A DNA stretch of 64,000 nt from Sphaerodactylus townsendi (Eukaryota): positions 23,002,001 through 23,066,000 of the forward strand of contig NC_059433.1 of assembly GCF_021028975.2 (NCBI RefSeq), read 5' to 3'. Positions 35,141 through 48,871 of the stretch are shown piece after piece. The notes below the pieces were generated by a model. That model saw only the letters and a list, made by a program, of their open reading frames with translations. It was not told the DNA's origin and ran no database searches. The position numbers and the translations under genes were made by a program. Positions within the stretch are counted from its first letter, which is position 1, and every line of letters begins with the position of its first letter.

Positions 35141-36972
35141 GTAGCATCCCTCTACCCATCCTGTTCTTGATCTATGTGGGTGGTTAACAGTTGCATCCTA
35201 AATGGTTAGGACTATAGAAGGTGCTTTTCACGTACCATTTGTACGATATGGGAATAGAGCATGCTGTTGGAGTATTTAATATGAGAAATTATCTTTTTTA
35301 AGTTGATTGGTACAAGTGAAATGACTGTCACAGAGAGGCCATGTTAAATGCCAAGATACCATTTTCTCCAGGATAACTAATTTCTATAGGCTGGAGATCA
35401 GTTATACTTCCAAGAGAATTCCAGGCCTCACCTGGACATAGGTAACCACAGAGTGAACTGTGACTTCAGTATTCTGCTAAGCAAACTGGTTCTCGCAGAG
35501 TCTACTAATAGAAATGTGGACATTGAGTAGAATCATTTCTGATTAGAACAATTCCAGAAACCTTAGAAGGCCATGACAGCAGTGTTTATTTTTTAAAAAA
35601 ATTTCTCTTGTGGCTTACAGTTTCAAATTTTAATACGCACAGAATACAGTGGTGGTGGAAAGCGTTATCAAGTTGCAGCCAATTTAAGATGACTCTAGGG
35701 TTTTCATTGCAAGAGACATTCAGAGGTGGTTTGCCATTGCTTTCCTCTGCATAGAAACCCTGGAATGCTTTTGTGGTCTCCCATCCAAGTACTAACCAGA
35801 GCTGACTCTGCTTAACTTCTGAGATCTGGCAAGACTGGCTAGCCTGGGCCATCCAGGTCAAAACACAAAACACACTAAAACCCCTTTCATAAGTATAGGG
35901 GATATGATAATTATTGAGCACATGTACTACAAATATTGTGGTATGAATCAGAAATGGTGGGGGTGACCAATTTGCAGCTATTTTTTGACACGTGGGAAGT
36001 GAAGGTCTGCTCCTGACAAGCCAACATGATGTAGCCAGTGCTCAGGAGTCTTTGTCAGAATTCAGGACAGGTGTGGCGAGCAACACGGCTTCCATTTCAT
36101 ACCTAGTTAGTGGACTACAGTGAATTCCCATCAGCCCCTACCAGCTCTGAAGCCAGGTGAAGCCATGCTGGCAAGAGCTGATAATTCACTAGTCCCCTGT
36201 CATCAAAAAAAAAAAAAAATGCCAAAGGTCAACTTCACTCGGAGGTCAGATCTGTCAGAGAGGTCACTGGAGTCAAATCCACACACTCTTGCCATGCAAA
36301 GCCAAGTTGCTGAGGTAACTCCAGGAGGCGTAGCTTCAAGGGGGAAGGGGCATGTGGTGAGGGTTGCCAGGGACGCAGTAGGCGGGGGGGCATTTTAGGG
36401 TGGGCAGGCAGCACTTTCCAGTGCACCAGGCGCTTTCCCCCTTGCCTCTGGGGTAACCTTGGGCCAGTCACACACACAGAGCCTAATCTATTTGACAGGG
36501 TTTTTGTGAGGCTGAAATGGAGGAGAGGAAAGTTATGTCAGCTGCTTTGAGTCTCCACTGGGGAGAAACGCAAAATGTAAATGAAGTAAATAAGTAAATT
36601 CCAACAAAAGTCTTATTCATGAAAATGCATTGCATCAGCAAATGGATTTCAGAATATTCTTCAAACTAGTAATATATACCAATGATGATACATTTTGAAC
36701 ATTAAATTCAATCCACATCTGTCATTCAGAATCAAAGAAAACTGGATGTGTCCTCTGGGGTATAAGTGAAAGTTCATTTATATAACAGAAGTTACTTGAT
36801 ACTATGTGCAAATTTTACTTCTGTGGGAGGAGATACATATACCGTACCTCCAAGCTTTGTGATTTATAGTTACTGTAAGACTGATTAAAAACAAAGCACA
36901 ACTGAATGAAATATATATTTGTCTTTCCCGGTGTCCCATGGATTATTTATCTCTATTAATATTTACTTGCAG

Positions 36973-37047
36973 AAACACAAGAAGAACTCAGCAGCTACAC
37001 GGGAGTTAATAATTAAGGAGAGATCTTCTGAAGGCCACCACAGTCTG
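36973..37047 (+). CDS. CAGE1: CAGE1 exon (KHKKNSAATRELIIKE...)
   Basis: Matches human KHKDRITTFRELIAKE; CTG|GTGAGT donor. Confidence 0.8.
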
Positions 37048-37364
37048 GTGAGTTCTATGGAAAGAAGAGAACATATATGTAAAAGAAAAGCTAAGGAAAA
37101 GATTTGGGGGTTTTGCCGAATATTTTTGCAGACGTTTCCAAGAGAAACAAGGCATCCTAAGCATTCTTCTATCCTTTAAAGTGTGTTGAAGTCAATAGGC
37201 CCATAAGGGTGTAACTCTGGTTTGGGTGCCATTGAAGGTGTTTTACATAATTGTACAGTGGCGTGCTGACACTAAATAGCTACTGGGGGCAAGCAGTGAA
37301 ATTGTGTACACACACACACACACAATTTAATTCTGAATGTCCTGATCCTGCCCTCTCTTCACAG

Positions 37365-37475
37365 CTAACTGGAACTGGGCAAGAGGAATCTCCCCATGGT
37401 TCAGATGATCTGCCTGATCTTCTACGAACAAAGCTGAGAGAAAACCACAACCTAACAGACGATAACTGGAGTGTG
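37365..37475 (+). CDS. CAGE1: CAGE1 exon (...DDLPDLLRTKLRENHNL...)
   Basis: Matches human DVPTLLGAKLDKYHSL; canonical splice sites; 111 nt. Confidence 0.8.
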
Positions 37476-37530
37476 GTGAGGAAACTCGGAGATGGGAAAG
37501 AGGAGCTTGGGAATAAGTTCAGTCGGGTCA

Positions 37531-37830
37531 GGAGCAGCAGTGGGGTGGTGGTTAAGAGCAGGAGCATTCTGGAAATACCGGGTTTGATTCCTTGCTCTGC
37601 TGCTTGAGCTGTGGAGGCTTATCTGGAAAATTCAGATTAGCCTGTACACTCCCACACACGCCAGCTGGGTGACCTTGGGCTAGTCACAGCTTTTTGGAGC
37701 TCTCTCAGCCCCACCCACCTCAGAGGGTGTTTGTTGTGAGGGGGGAAGGGCAAGGAGATTGTAAGCCCCTTTGAGTCTCCTACACGAGAGAAAGGGGGGA
37801 TATAAATCCAAACTCTTCTTCTTCTTCTTC
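37531..37830 (+). mobile_element. tRNA-derived SINE, (CTT)n tail
   Basis: Head boxes plus tail; several copies in the window. Confidence 0.82.
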
Positions 37831-38106
37831 AAATGCAGCGGGGAGATCATTTGTAGTTTATGCATTAAGTCATTAAAGAGCTGTTTACTTTTCTAAGAGA
37901 AAAGGATTGAAGCTGGCATATTTGGGACAAAGTGCAAAAAAAAAGTAAGTAGTAACAGACTACTCCTACTCAGCACTTTTAGGACCAATGATGAGCTAGG
38001 CACTGCAGGAACCCCAAAATGATGTGGGTCTGATCCCAGAAGACCTGCAGTTTGTTACAGGTGACCAACACTAGGATGGAGGGACAGTGAGTTAGACATA
38101 AAAGAG

Positions 38107-38429
38107 CAGGGCCGTCTTAACATGTGGGCATGCTGGCCATTTGCCCAGAGACTTCACGAGCATAGAGGTCCCATGCTAATCTACGCATGTTGTGACTTGC
38201 TGTCAATAAATAAATAAATACCACACTAAACTATAAATATTTGATATTGGAAAATGTATGTTTAGCACGTGTTTTACTAAAGGTAATGAACAATATTAAT
38301 GTTAATTTTTATGATAACAAGTTGTCATTGACATTCATCTCCGATTTAGAATGAAGGCCACCTCTGCAACCACACGTGTATCATGCACTGCTTTGCCCAG
38401 GGGGCTATAATGCTGTTAAGATGGCCCTG
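38107..38429. mobile_element. hAT MITE
   Basis: TIR CAGGGCCRTCTTAACA; TSD TAAAAGAG/TAAAACAG. Confidence 0.85.
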
Positions 38430-38470
38430 TAAAACAGTGAGAAGTAATTATGGGGAGGGTTAGGTAGGAG

Positions 38471-38862
38471 CAGAGGTGGGATCCAGCAGGTTCTTACAGG
38501 TTCCCGAGAGTAGGTTACTAATTATTCGTGTGTGCCGAGAGGGGGTTACTAATTGGTGATTTTGCCACGTGATTTTTGTCTTAGTTACGCCCCTCCTCTC
38601 AGCAGTAGCCCGCAGAACTTGAAGCAGTCTAGCAGGAGACGCACCGACGTGCGTGGCAGCCTACGCCTGCGTGCATTTGTTTCCCGCCCAAGGACTGGCA
38701 CAGTGCCTGCGTCCTTGCCACAGCCCCGCCCAGGAATGCCCCGCCCCCGGAATGCCCATCCACACCCCCGTTGTGCCCCGCCCAGCCCCATTGGCGCTAC
38801 GCCACGGTTTGAATCCCACCACCATGGGAACCTGTTACTACAATTTTTGGATCCCACCACTG
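38471..38862. mobile_element. hAT MITE
   Basis: TIR CAGwGGTGGGATCCA; TSD GGTAGGAG. Confidence 0.88.
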
Positions 38863-40357
38863 GGTAGGAGGGCTGGTGTAGGAAAGGATGTGTTTTTCTT
38901 GAACATAAGGAGAGCAGGAGGTAGCCATATAAACTCAGAAGGGAATGCTGTTTGAGACAGAGAGGGCCGTCAGTGCCACCATGGGATGCCACACACAAAT
39001 ACAGCCACTACAAACTTAAACAAAGGGTTCCTAAGTGGAATGACTAGTTTCTAGAGCCTGAAATGCAACAAGTTAAAGGCAATTCTTTATTAATCAGGCA
39101 AATACAGAAACCAGATTGCTAACATTTATACCAGTCCCAGCCAGTTCACAGGCTCCGAACTAGCTGCTAATCGCGGATGTCAATCAGAGCCCACCAAATT
39201 AGATTCCAGACTCAGGGCCAAAACTACATTTTTTAAAAAGAGTTGCATCCAGATTCCCTGCAGCCACACAACAGTTGTGCCAGGGAATGGCTTTTAAAAA
39301 TCAGGATGGGCCCGATGAAGCTGGAGATGCTATACATAGTAAAGGGAGGAAGGGCTCTTGTTTTTTTCCTCCCCAATCCAGGGTTTCTCATACCAAAAAC
39401 CCAGTACTGAGGGCAGGGAAATAATTTCTCCATTTTTTGTGAGAAGTGTTCTGTGGTTGAGGGAACAGCAAAAAATAGAGAAAAATAACCCCTTCCTGAA
39501 TAGTTTTGGCAAAGGAAAATGTCTTGGGGAGAAGGCAGCAGCCCTTCTCCCCCCTATGGGCATTGTTTCAAGCCCATTTGGGCTTTATTTTTCAAAAGCC
39601 ATTCATTTCAGAGGCTGTGTGGCTGCGGAAAACCAAAGGTGTGTCCAGGGAAACCAGACCCAGCTCTTTAAAAGCACAAAGTACTCAAGCTTGGCCCCTC
39701 AGATCTCAAGGTTCCTAGCTCATGTTCCACGGCCCCTGAGAAGGAGCAGCCTGACACAATACATAGAGCAAGACAAAATGAAGAGACCCAGGAGCAACAG
39801 TTTAGTAGTTTTACAATCTGCTTCTAGGCTGAACTATGTTATGAGGATTATTTAAACTGCCAAATTATTTATGCTTCAGGATTTTGTGGCTGGGTTTCAA
39901 AAGGGTATTGATTTGAATAATTTTATGTGTGTGTTTTTAAATTTATATTTGTATGGTGTAAGCTGTCTCGAGCATGGCTCTAAAGATGTAGAATAGAAAG
40001 GTTTGAAATAAATAAAAGATAGGGGTCCAGCTGCCAGTAGCATCCATTGGGAATCTGGAGTTTCTTTACGCCAACTATAATCACAACCTAGGTAGGGAGT
40101 GGTTCAGTTCCATTCTGTGTCTCTGGACCATCACAAGTATTTATAGCAGGAAAAATCAGAAGTTATTTGAATGTGACATGTGCCCAGATGTATACAAACT
40201 TCATAAGAAAAAGGGGGCCATTACACCAACAAGTCAAAAGTTAGATAAATGTTTCACTTTAGTATTCAGATTTACTCAAACAGACATAGCAGCCAATATA
40301 ATGTTACTGAAAAACAATTATTGCCTTGACAGCTAAATAACCTCATTGTTTTTTAAG

Positions 40358-40462
40358 TTTAAAGATTTGGAAACTAATTTGGCATCCAAAGAAGAACAGT
40401 GCAAAACTGTCACTGGGGACAACAGAAAGCTTCAGAATGATTTTGGTAGCTTGGCATGTAAG
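40358..40462 (+). CDS. CAGE1: CAGE1 exon (FKDLETNLASKEEQCK...LACK)
   Basis: Similar to mammalian LESKEDHCNRLIEENDKYQ; AAG|GTATGA donor. Confidence 0.75.
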
Positions 40463-40571
40463 GTATGAATATGTGTTAATATTATTTTGACAAGTTTAGT
40501 TACACTGATAGCTTTTTCTGCAATCCAATGCTCAGAACACTTGCATTATTGGATCAGGTGAAGGTCTATGT

Positions 40572-40710
40572 CAGGGGTGGCCAACCTATGGCACTCCAGA
40601 TGTTCATGGACTGTAATTCCCATCAGCCCCGGCCAATTGGCGATGCTAGCAGGGGCTGATGGGAATTGTAGTCCATGAACATCTGGAGTGCCATAGGTTG
40701 GCCACCCCTG
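40572..40710. mobile_element. Palindromic hAT MITE
   Basis: Same family as 5865; TSD not matching. Confidence 0.82.
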
Positions 40711-41975
40711 GATGTAGTACAGCATTGTTTCTGCATCTAGAAGTTTTTTCATGAGCTTCAAGTTTTTTTGAAACAAAACTTAGTACTGGAAATCCCACTA
40801 AGGCACTGCTTCAGATGACGTTCAGGCTGCAACATCAGTTATTCCCAGCATGCCCTGGGACAGATTACATCTGGAGGAGAAACATCTTTGTGTGAAATTT
40901 CCCCATGTTTGTCTCAGTTTCTTTCTATCTGAGAAGTTATATTAGAAATAATTATTCCTGAGCATGAATAAAGGAATCTTGAGAGTGTAACTACCCAGTT
41001 ATTTCAGCCCTAAATATTGGAACCATCCATACTAGTTGAAGCTGAGAAATCGCTGTAGAATCTTCCACTGGTAACTAATAGCAGTATCCTAATACTGGGT
41101 CCAATGAAGTCAATAATTTTAAAAGGGGGTTACTATGTTTATAGTCTGCACTTTATGTTGGATATAACACCCACAAAACCCAGTGATAATCCTTTAAGTG
41201 GTGAGTCTTTTTCCAGTCATCAGCTGAAGCGCAAAGCTATACTACAAAGATTGTTTGAAATGGCTTCAGTGAGACTATTTGTGTCTTGTAAAGTCACTGG
41301 CACATAAATTTCTGAATGTATTGAACTCTCCACATACTGATCTCAATAACTGTACAGAGATTTTACACTTTTATTTCAGCTATATTCTCCTTCCACTGCA
41401 CACCATCAACTCCCCCATGCTGTTTCTTGGTGTTTCCTGTCTCCCAGAAGCAGAGGGGTTTTCTGGGGGGGGGGGTCATTTTTGGCTGATGGGGGAGTAT
41501 TTCCTTAATGATTTTCTGTTTTCTCTTAAAGGGTAGGGTTGACAGATGCCATGTGTCCCACTCTTCATTCCTCAGCTCACTCCAGTTGAGTAGGAGGAGA
41601 TACAAATGCAGGAAGAATCCAACAGAGTTGATGGTGTGACATCACTTCCATGTGATTACTCTGAAGTGACATCACAGCCACTACCACCTCATGATGCTTT
41701 AGGAATTGAGCCAGTCTCGATGAGGTTGGGTCAGTTTTAGAGCATCATGGGAGAGTGAAAGTTATCGCAGCACTGACACATACCCTCCCAAGCTCCACCC
41801 CCAACAGCTCCTGGGAATAATGGGGACAAGGTCTATTAAAAGGTGATCTTGCATGAGAAAGGATTAAATATGCTGACCAAGGACTAGAGATAGCCAGTTC
41901 CAAAATATTATAGTAGGTTTAGTGAATTTTATCCGTTGTCATTTTATTATATTATATTTATACTTTATCCTACAG

Positions 41976-42062
41976 GCTTCAGGTGCCTTCCAGCAATTTC
42001 ATCATATCTATCATGGTACCCAGCGGCTTCACAGTCTACCTAATGGATATGGACGGTTTTGA
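41976..42062 (+). CDS. CAGE1: Candidate CAGE1 terminal coding exon
   Basis: Strong CAG acceptor, 28 codons to TGA, AATAAA at 42085; no recalled homology. Confidence 0.5.
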   Translation, partial: ASGAFQQFHHIYHGTQRLHSLPNGYGRF

Positions 42063-42999
42063 GAAAGGATGATAAAACAGAACAAATAAATACATAATTT
42101 CAATTCCCTAGCATTTTCATGTCTCTTTTATGGATCCTTTCCTAAATGTAATATATAGTTTGTCAAAACAGGGCAAATATATGTTTAGGGTAGTCCTAAG
42201 GGTCGTCCTCCCCCGTACATGGATACCACCATGAAATATACTACAAGGCGCACAAGAAAGCAGAAGTCCCATGGGACATCATCAATGGTTGCCTTTTTAG
42301 AGACTTTTGTCAGTAAGAGGGTCTCACCTGTCATTTTTCTGCACCGGATAACGAAAATCAAGCCATAAATAAATTGAGCCCAGAGATCATAATACGGGAA
42401 AGCAAATATGAATATGATATAGATATTTGTTTTAATTTAAACCATTTTGGGGCCACCTTTCCACCCAATCAGGGTCCACAACAATGAAAATAGAGTTAAA
42501 ATTATTATTATAAAATGTAATTAAAAACGCATAAACACATAGAAGGGGGGGCAATAACTATTATGGGGGTATGCCAGACAAAACAAAGAAGTGTTCACTT
42601 GCTGGAGAAAGATGCTGACAGAGGGAGCCAAACAAATCCCCCTAGCATGAAAGTTCCAAAGTTTTGGTGGCATGGCTGAGCGGGCCCTTTCTTGGGTGGC
42701 CACCCATCTAGCCTCAGATGGCAGGAGCAGGATGAGTAGAGGGAGTAGGGAGGTTTACAAGGTGATTACAATGCTTTCCCTCCTTTTTCACTTTGCTGAG
42801 CTGCTCCTTTTTCTTCTCTCCCCCCCCCCTCCGTCATTCCCCCCGATATTAAAATGTATATATTCTGACCCAGCCTGGGATGCTAAGGGACTGAAGCACC
42901 CTTTGTTGATCTTATGTGGCTCCTAAGAGACTAATGTGAATTCACATTGCATAAACTGTTTTATTTCACTCTTATGGGGAAAGACTGTCAGGGAGGTTT

Positions 43000-43700
43000 C
43001 AGTTAAAAGGGCAATAGGAATGTGGGAAACTTCATATAACAATATACGACAAATAATGTATTGAGGCTGGATCAAGGCAGGTTGGTGCTATTACTATTAG
43101 ATCTTTCAGAAGCGTTCTATGCGGGTGATCAAGATCTGCTGGTCCACTGCCTCACCAATGTGGAAATTTGAGCCTGACAATGGCTGATCTTTTTCCTCCG
43201 TGGTCAAAGACAAAGGGTGATGTTGGGAGAGAAAATGTCAACCCAGCACCCAATACGTGAAGTGCTTCAGAGTGATTCCTGATGTTCCATCATCTATATG
43301 TGTCTCCTTGCCCAGCTGGTCTGGAGTTTTGGGCAGAGTTGTCATCAATATGCAGATGACACCCAGCTCTTTCTGTTGGTTGACGGCTGGCTGAGTACTC
43401 TCCCAGCACTCTGACTAGGTGCTTGGAGGCTGTGGTGAGATGGTTAAAACAGAGCCATCTGAAATTAAACTCCTCTAAGATTGAGGTTCTGTGACAGCCA
43501 GGGAGGCCCAGGTTAGGCAATCGAACTCCCCGCTCATGACAGGGTACAATTTACACACTCTTCCTTTGTCAGGAATTTGGGTGTGACTTTGGATGTTTCT
43601 TTTTCATTATGGACCCAAATTCATAATTTTGCCAAAATGGCTTTTTCCCCATCCAAAGGCCACTTGGCTATCCTAAACTAGGACCACAGCCTTTTTGGCT
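43000..43700 (+). mobile_element. Degenerate L2 RT fragment
   Basis: TATGCAGATGACACCCAGCTC (YADDTQL) at ~43349 and LKLNSSKIEVL downstream. Confidence 0.75.
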
Positions 43701-46700
43701 GTATCCTCTGCCTGATGGAACTGTTGCATGAGACCTGGGTCATAAAAGACCTGGTCCAGTTCTGCTGGGCCTGCAAAACAGAGATATTGTCATGAGGCAA
43801 CTTTCTGGGCACTAGGAGCCCATGGAAGAGGAGCCAGAAGCAGATAAAATAAATCAAATGCTGGAGGCTCTGGATACAGCTGAGGCAGTAAACACATCAC
43901 AGCCAGATAAGCCACCAGTGCAAGCAGATACACTGGAGGAAGGTCAGCAAGAGCTAATGAATCATTCGAGCAGAGGAGGCAGAAACAAAGACAAGAACTT
44001 AGTAATGAAAGAAATGCCCGCATTGCAGCTCGATATTGCAGAAAACTCTGTGAACTAGAAACATTGACGTCAGAGGATGACTGAATGCAAAATTAAGTCT
44101 GCAGGATTCTGGTCTCTTTAGCAATAGTGTCTTATATAAGCCTTTCTGTCTGGGTGCAACAAGTATGATTCCCTGAGAAGTACTGTGTGCCTGGATTCCT
44201 CATTAGCCATTGCCCCCATGACTTCTGGACTGCCTCGACCTCTGGACTGTTTAACCTCTGCCTATAAACACTGCCTGTCTTGATCCCTAGACTGCCTGAC
44301 TTAGATGTTACCTGCCTGGACCTCTTTGCTGCTTAACCTGTGCAACTACTGCTTTGGCTGTCTGCTAGCCAGTCATGCTCAGACCACTGAGGCACAGGTA
44401 TTCCATCAGGCCTGTAGCTGAGAACAGCAACAATTTATATGGCCTATTTGGTTAACATTCTGCGCTCACCTGGATCATGAAACTCCCTCTGCTGTCTTGT
44501 CATCTTTGGTTGCCGTCCACTCTCTCCATCTGTTGATTTCCAGATTATACCCCCCTTGGTTCCCCATGATTTTACTTCATTCTGAGATTTAAGTGCCATC
44601 ATATTGTTTTAGGTATTGTTAAATTATAGTTCTGTTTTTTCACACTTTTACATTATATTATGCTTATCCTATGAGCCACCCTGAGTCCTGCTATGCAGGG
44701 GGAGGGGAGAATACATGTGTAAATAGATAAATACATAAATAGGCATAAATGCCATTAATTTTTCCCTTTGTGTGTCTGAAAAATACTTTGCTGATTAGCT
44801 CTGAAAAAACAGTGAAATGTTGACCTGTGAATACCTGTGACCTGTGAACACACATAGCTTCAAGTTCATCAAGTGGGGTTGTTCAATGTACTAAAGAGAA
44901 ATAGTACATTTCTCCCTCCTGGCCCTAATATTACACATATTATTTATATTCAGATGAAAGAATTTCCCCTGTAGTTTGACCCAATTAAATTCTGATACTG
45001 AACAAGAAACAGCTGTGATCATGCATTGGATTAGGGGCAGCACAATTCTCAGAGGGTCTGTTCCAATTAAAACCAAATAAAGATTTTAAAGTGGGATAAG
45101 ATAAAACGATTACAATTAAGGCTGTGAATTTTTGCAGATTTGTTTGGGAATCACTTCAATTCAGAGAATGCCCTTCCCCCAATTAAATAAAGGTGCCTGC
45201 GTTACATAGCTGCAGTCCCATGTATACTTGCTTAGGAATAAGTCCACTCAGATTCATGGTTTCGATACAAAACCAAGGACAGGGTTGTTAGCTTGAACCA
45301 GGCTAAAGCCAAATGCAGAACCAAAGCAAACTCCACCCTGTAATATAATCATGCATATGAGTCTACAATCCTAGATCCTAAGGAGAAAGTCCTATTTGTC
45401 AATAAGACTTTTCTGAGTAAAAAGAATGCATCAAATATGAACACTTGTGTATGGAACTATTGCTACTTACATACGACATAGCTACTACTAGAAGCAAACG
45501 GGATCAAACCATCTATCCCAGTGTTATGCCTCTGACAGCAGTTAACTTTTGACAGTAGCTTTGAATGGTAATGTGGAGCGTACTCAGGTACTTACGGTTT
45601 ATTACTAGCCCGCAGGCATTGAAGTGATGTGGATACTCTAGTAGTAGCTCTATATCATTATAGTCTTGAGATGATTCCTGGTTAACAAACTAGTAAAATG
45701 AAGCTGGATACTGGACTATTTTATTAGAAAGTACGATGGATTAACTATCTTGTACATGCTACAGATGTGAGAATATTGTTGTACCAAGGACAATTTCATG
45801 ACAGTTACTCCATGATTATACAGCTCCATCTCCCCAGAGAGGCTTCCATAAGTCTGAGAACCAGGTCAAATGGGACAAAATAGCCAAATGGAATGTTGTA
45901 TGCATTTCATGAAACATTTCTGCTTTTATTCCCAAGGAATAGTTTTGAGAACTGAATTTTCATTCAGATAAAAACAGTGGCCATTCATTTTTTTTTGCCG
46001 TACATTCCTTTGTCCAGTTAGCAAACAAAGAAGTTCTACTTGGTTCCCCACCAATTCCTTGGCACTTATCCTCCTTGGCAACTGTCTTGCAGGAGGAGTT
46101 CCAAATGCCCATGTGCTTTCATTCTCACAGGGCTTTTCCCTCCCAATGTGTAGTTTCCAAGGCAAAGTGTCATGTTACTCAAACAGATCATGTTGATATG
46201 TTGTGTTCCAATGTTTGGCACACTGATCTAGAAAACAGATATGGTACCTATTTCTGTTTGACTCCATTCTGTTTGACTCCATTCTGTTTGACTCCATGCA
46301 TGTTTGCTCAAAAGTATGTTCCTCTAGTCTATTCAATGACATTTCTTTCCCTATAAGTGCACTAAGTATTGAAAGTCTGCAATGAGTCCTGTATGGTTAG
46401 TCAGAAGTAAGTGGAATTTAGTCCAAAACACACATACGCATATACGCATAATTGCATCCTAAGACATTGACCCTGTTCTCTTATTAGTAAGCCTATTGAA
46501 CGCAATGTACTTTTGTGTAAACCTACATAAGATGATGACATTAAACATAGTTAAGTAGCAAGCTTTAGGAGTTTGTTGCAGGTTTTACTTTCTTACTGTG
46601 CAAGTCCATGCAAACCATTACTCACTACAAAGGGGACCATACTGTTTTCTTCCTTATTATGCATTTAACTGTAATCACTGACCACCGGTGAACCTCATGT

Positions 46701-46999
46701 GCCTCAAATGTTGACAGGGAAAAGAATTCTTACAGACAAAAATCTATGGTATTTTTGAAGAAAAGACACACTCCTGCTTTACTTCTGTTCCTCCATATGC
46801 TCTCCAGCAGTGGTTCCCAACCTTTTAACCCCCTTGGCAACCTATTTCCCTAAAACTGCACCCCCATATTAGCAAATCCACTATGTAATTTTTTTTCACG
46901 TGCCACCAACCACACTGGCGTGTACCGCAGGTTGGGAACTCTTGGTCTACAGAAATCTAAAACAGGAGAATTTCACCTGAACAACACCAGGACAGTTAT

Positions 47000-47950
47000 A
47001 ACACTTAAGGGCGAAACGTTGCGCATGCGCCCTAAGCACCACCCCGATCGGGGAAGGAAAGCCTTGCGTCCACAACAGCGCATGCGCGTTTACCCGCAGC
47101 GTGCACTTTCAGAAGGAAGGAGGAAACCGGACTGGAGGGCCGCTAAAGAAAATCACGTGACGGCTCTTTTTCTTCCCCCGGGAAGCCACGTACTCCATAC
47201 GGAAGGCGAAAGGGGCGGGGCCAACAAGCCACGTGTGACGGAGAGGTGACGTAACAGACTTAGGAGGGCGGGACATCGGCCGGATGGAAGCTTCTCGCCA
47301 TTAAAGTAGCGGCCGCCGTTGAGAGCGCCCGTTGGCTCGCCACCATGACGAGGTCGCTGCCCCGGCTGCTGCTGCTCGCGCTTCTGGCCTTTCCCGCCGC
47401 CTTGCTCCTCGGAGGCGGCCGCGGCGGTTCGGGTGAGAGAAGCAAGCGGGGGGCGGGGCGGAAACAGGCGCGCGCCCGCACGCGGAGCGGCGGTTGGCGG
47501 CGGTTGAAGGGTTCGAAATTTTGAAACGCGGTCGGTGCCTGAAGGGTGACGTTTTTGGTTGGGGGGGGGATGCCAGAGAGCGCGGGGAGCGCCCCGTTTT
47601 GCTTCTGTCTGGGGGAAGGGGGCTGCGCTTCTCCCTCTTTCCTCCTCCTCCTCCTCCTCCATGGGGCTGACGTGTCATTTCGCCGCCTGCCCCCTGCATA
47701 AATCCCCTCGCCTGCCCTTATTTCTCCCGGGCTCTTCGGTCGCCCTTCCCCTCCCTTGCACGGCACGTGGCAGCCTCTGGTGCTCCTTCGGCTTCTTTTC
47801 ACTCCCTCCAAAATCACGCCTGGTTCCTCCTCAGATTGCTTCGTAGCTGTCCTCAGAAGGCGTTTCTGCCAGGCGAGCTGCAAATATTGAGCGTGCTAAG
47901 AGGGAAACCACCGGGAAGTTTCTGTTTTAAACGTGAACTTTTGGGATTCT
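47000..47950 (+). promoter_or_regulatory. SSR1 CpG-island promoter
   Basis: CpG-rich; NRF1 GCGCATGCGC twice (~47021, 47078), TCACGTGA 47153, CCACGT 47186 and 47229, GC box 47212, TGACGTAA 47247, YY1-like CGCCATT 47296. Confidence 0.85.
47345..47432 (+). CDS. SSR1: SSR1 (TRAP-alpha) exon 1, signal peptide
   Basis: GCCACCATG Kozak; MTRSLPRLLLLALLAFPAALLLGGGRGGS; G|GTGAGA donor. Confidence 0.93.
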
Positions 47951-48124
47951 TTTTGAAAGGTGTCCCACATTGTCGTGATCATGGAACACAACTTCTAGTG
48001 AGTCGAGCTTAGTGAGTTCCATTTTCCGGTTGAGAGGAAAGGGCGAAACTCACTGATGCTGGTCTGTGCGATTCACACTGGTTCTTACAAATAGTCATTG
48101 GCTAGTGAGAGGCATTTTCTCAAA

Positions 48125-48535
48125 TCATAGAATTTTCTCATATAGAATCATAGAGTTGGAAGATACCCCAAGGGCCATCAAGTCTAACCTCCTGCAATAG
48201 AGGGACACACAATCAAAGCACTCCTGACATATGATCATCCAGCATCTGTTTAAAAACCTCCAAAGAAGGAGACTCCACCATGCTCCAGGGTAGGGCATTC
48301 CACTGTCAAACAGCCCTGACAATCAGAAAGTTCTTCCTAATGTTTAAGTGGAATCTCTTTCCTGCACCTTGAATCCATGTCCTATCTCTGGGACAGCAGA
48401 AAACAAGTTTGCTCCCTCTTTGACATGACTTCCCTTCAAATATTTAAACATAGCTATCATGTCCCCCTTAACCTTCGCTTCTCCAAACTAAACATCCCCA
48501 GCTCCCGAAGTCTCTCTTCATTGGGCATGGATTCC
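48125..48535 (-). mobile_element. CR1 3' fragment
   Basis: ATTCTATG-type tail and CR1 3' UTR/ORF end. Confidence 0.8.
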
Positions 48536-48871
48536 ATTTTTTCATAAGTCATATTTGTGGAAGGCTGTAATGATTGTGGGTATGTGAACTGGAACAGGCT
48601 GACAAGATTAAACAATGCAGAATTAAATAAGTTGGTATATAAAGGTCATAAAGTACATAGCTAGAATACTTAATGATCTAAGTAAATTTTGTATGTACAC
48701 TCCAATATCACATGGTAGTCTAAATGAGCATGTAGCAATAAAAATCACGTTCTTTTGCCTCTTGAGTTTTCTTTTAATCAACACTTGTGTGTACCCAAGT
48801 GTTACCCAAGGTGAAGACACAGTCTCTCAATAATGTGGGGAATATTAGCACAGAGCAGACTGCTTATTAAT

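Noticed and set aside
46920-48012. Long overlapping ORFs (up to 207 aa)
   Set aside because: CpG-island artefacts around SSR1 exon 1
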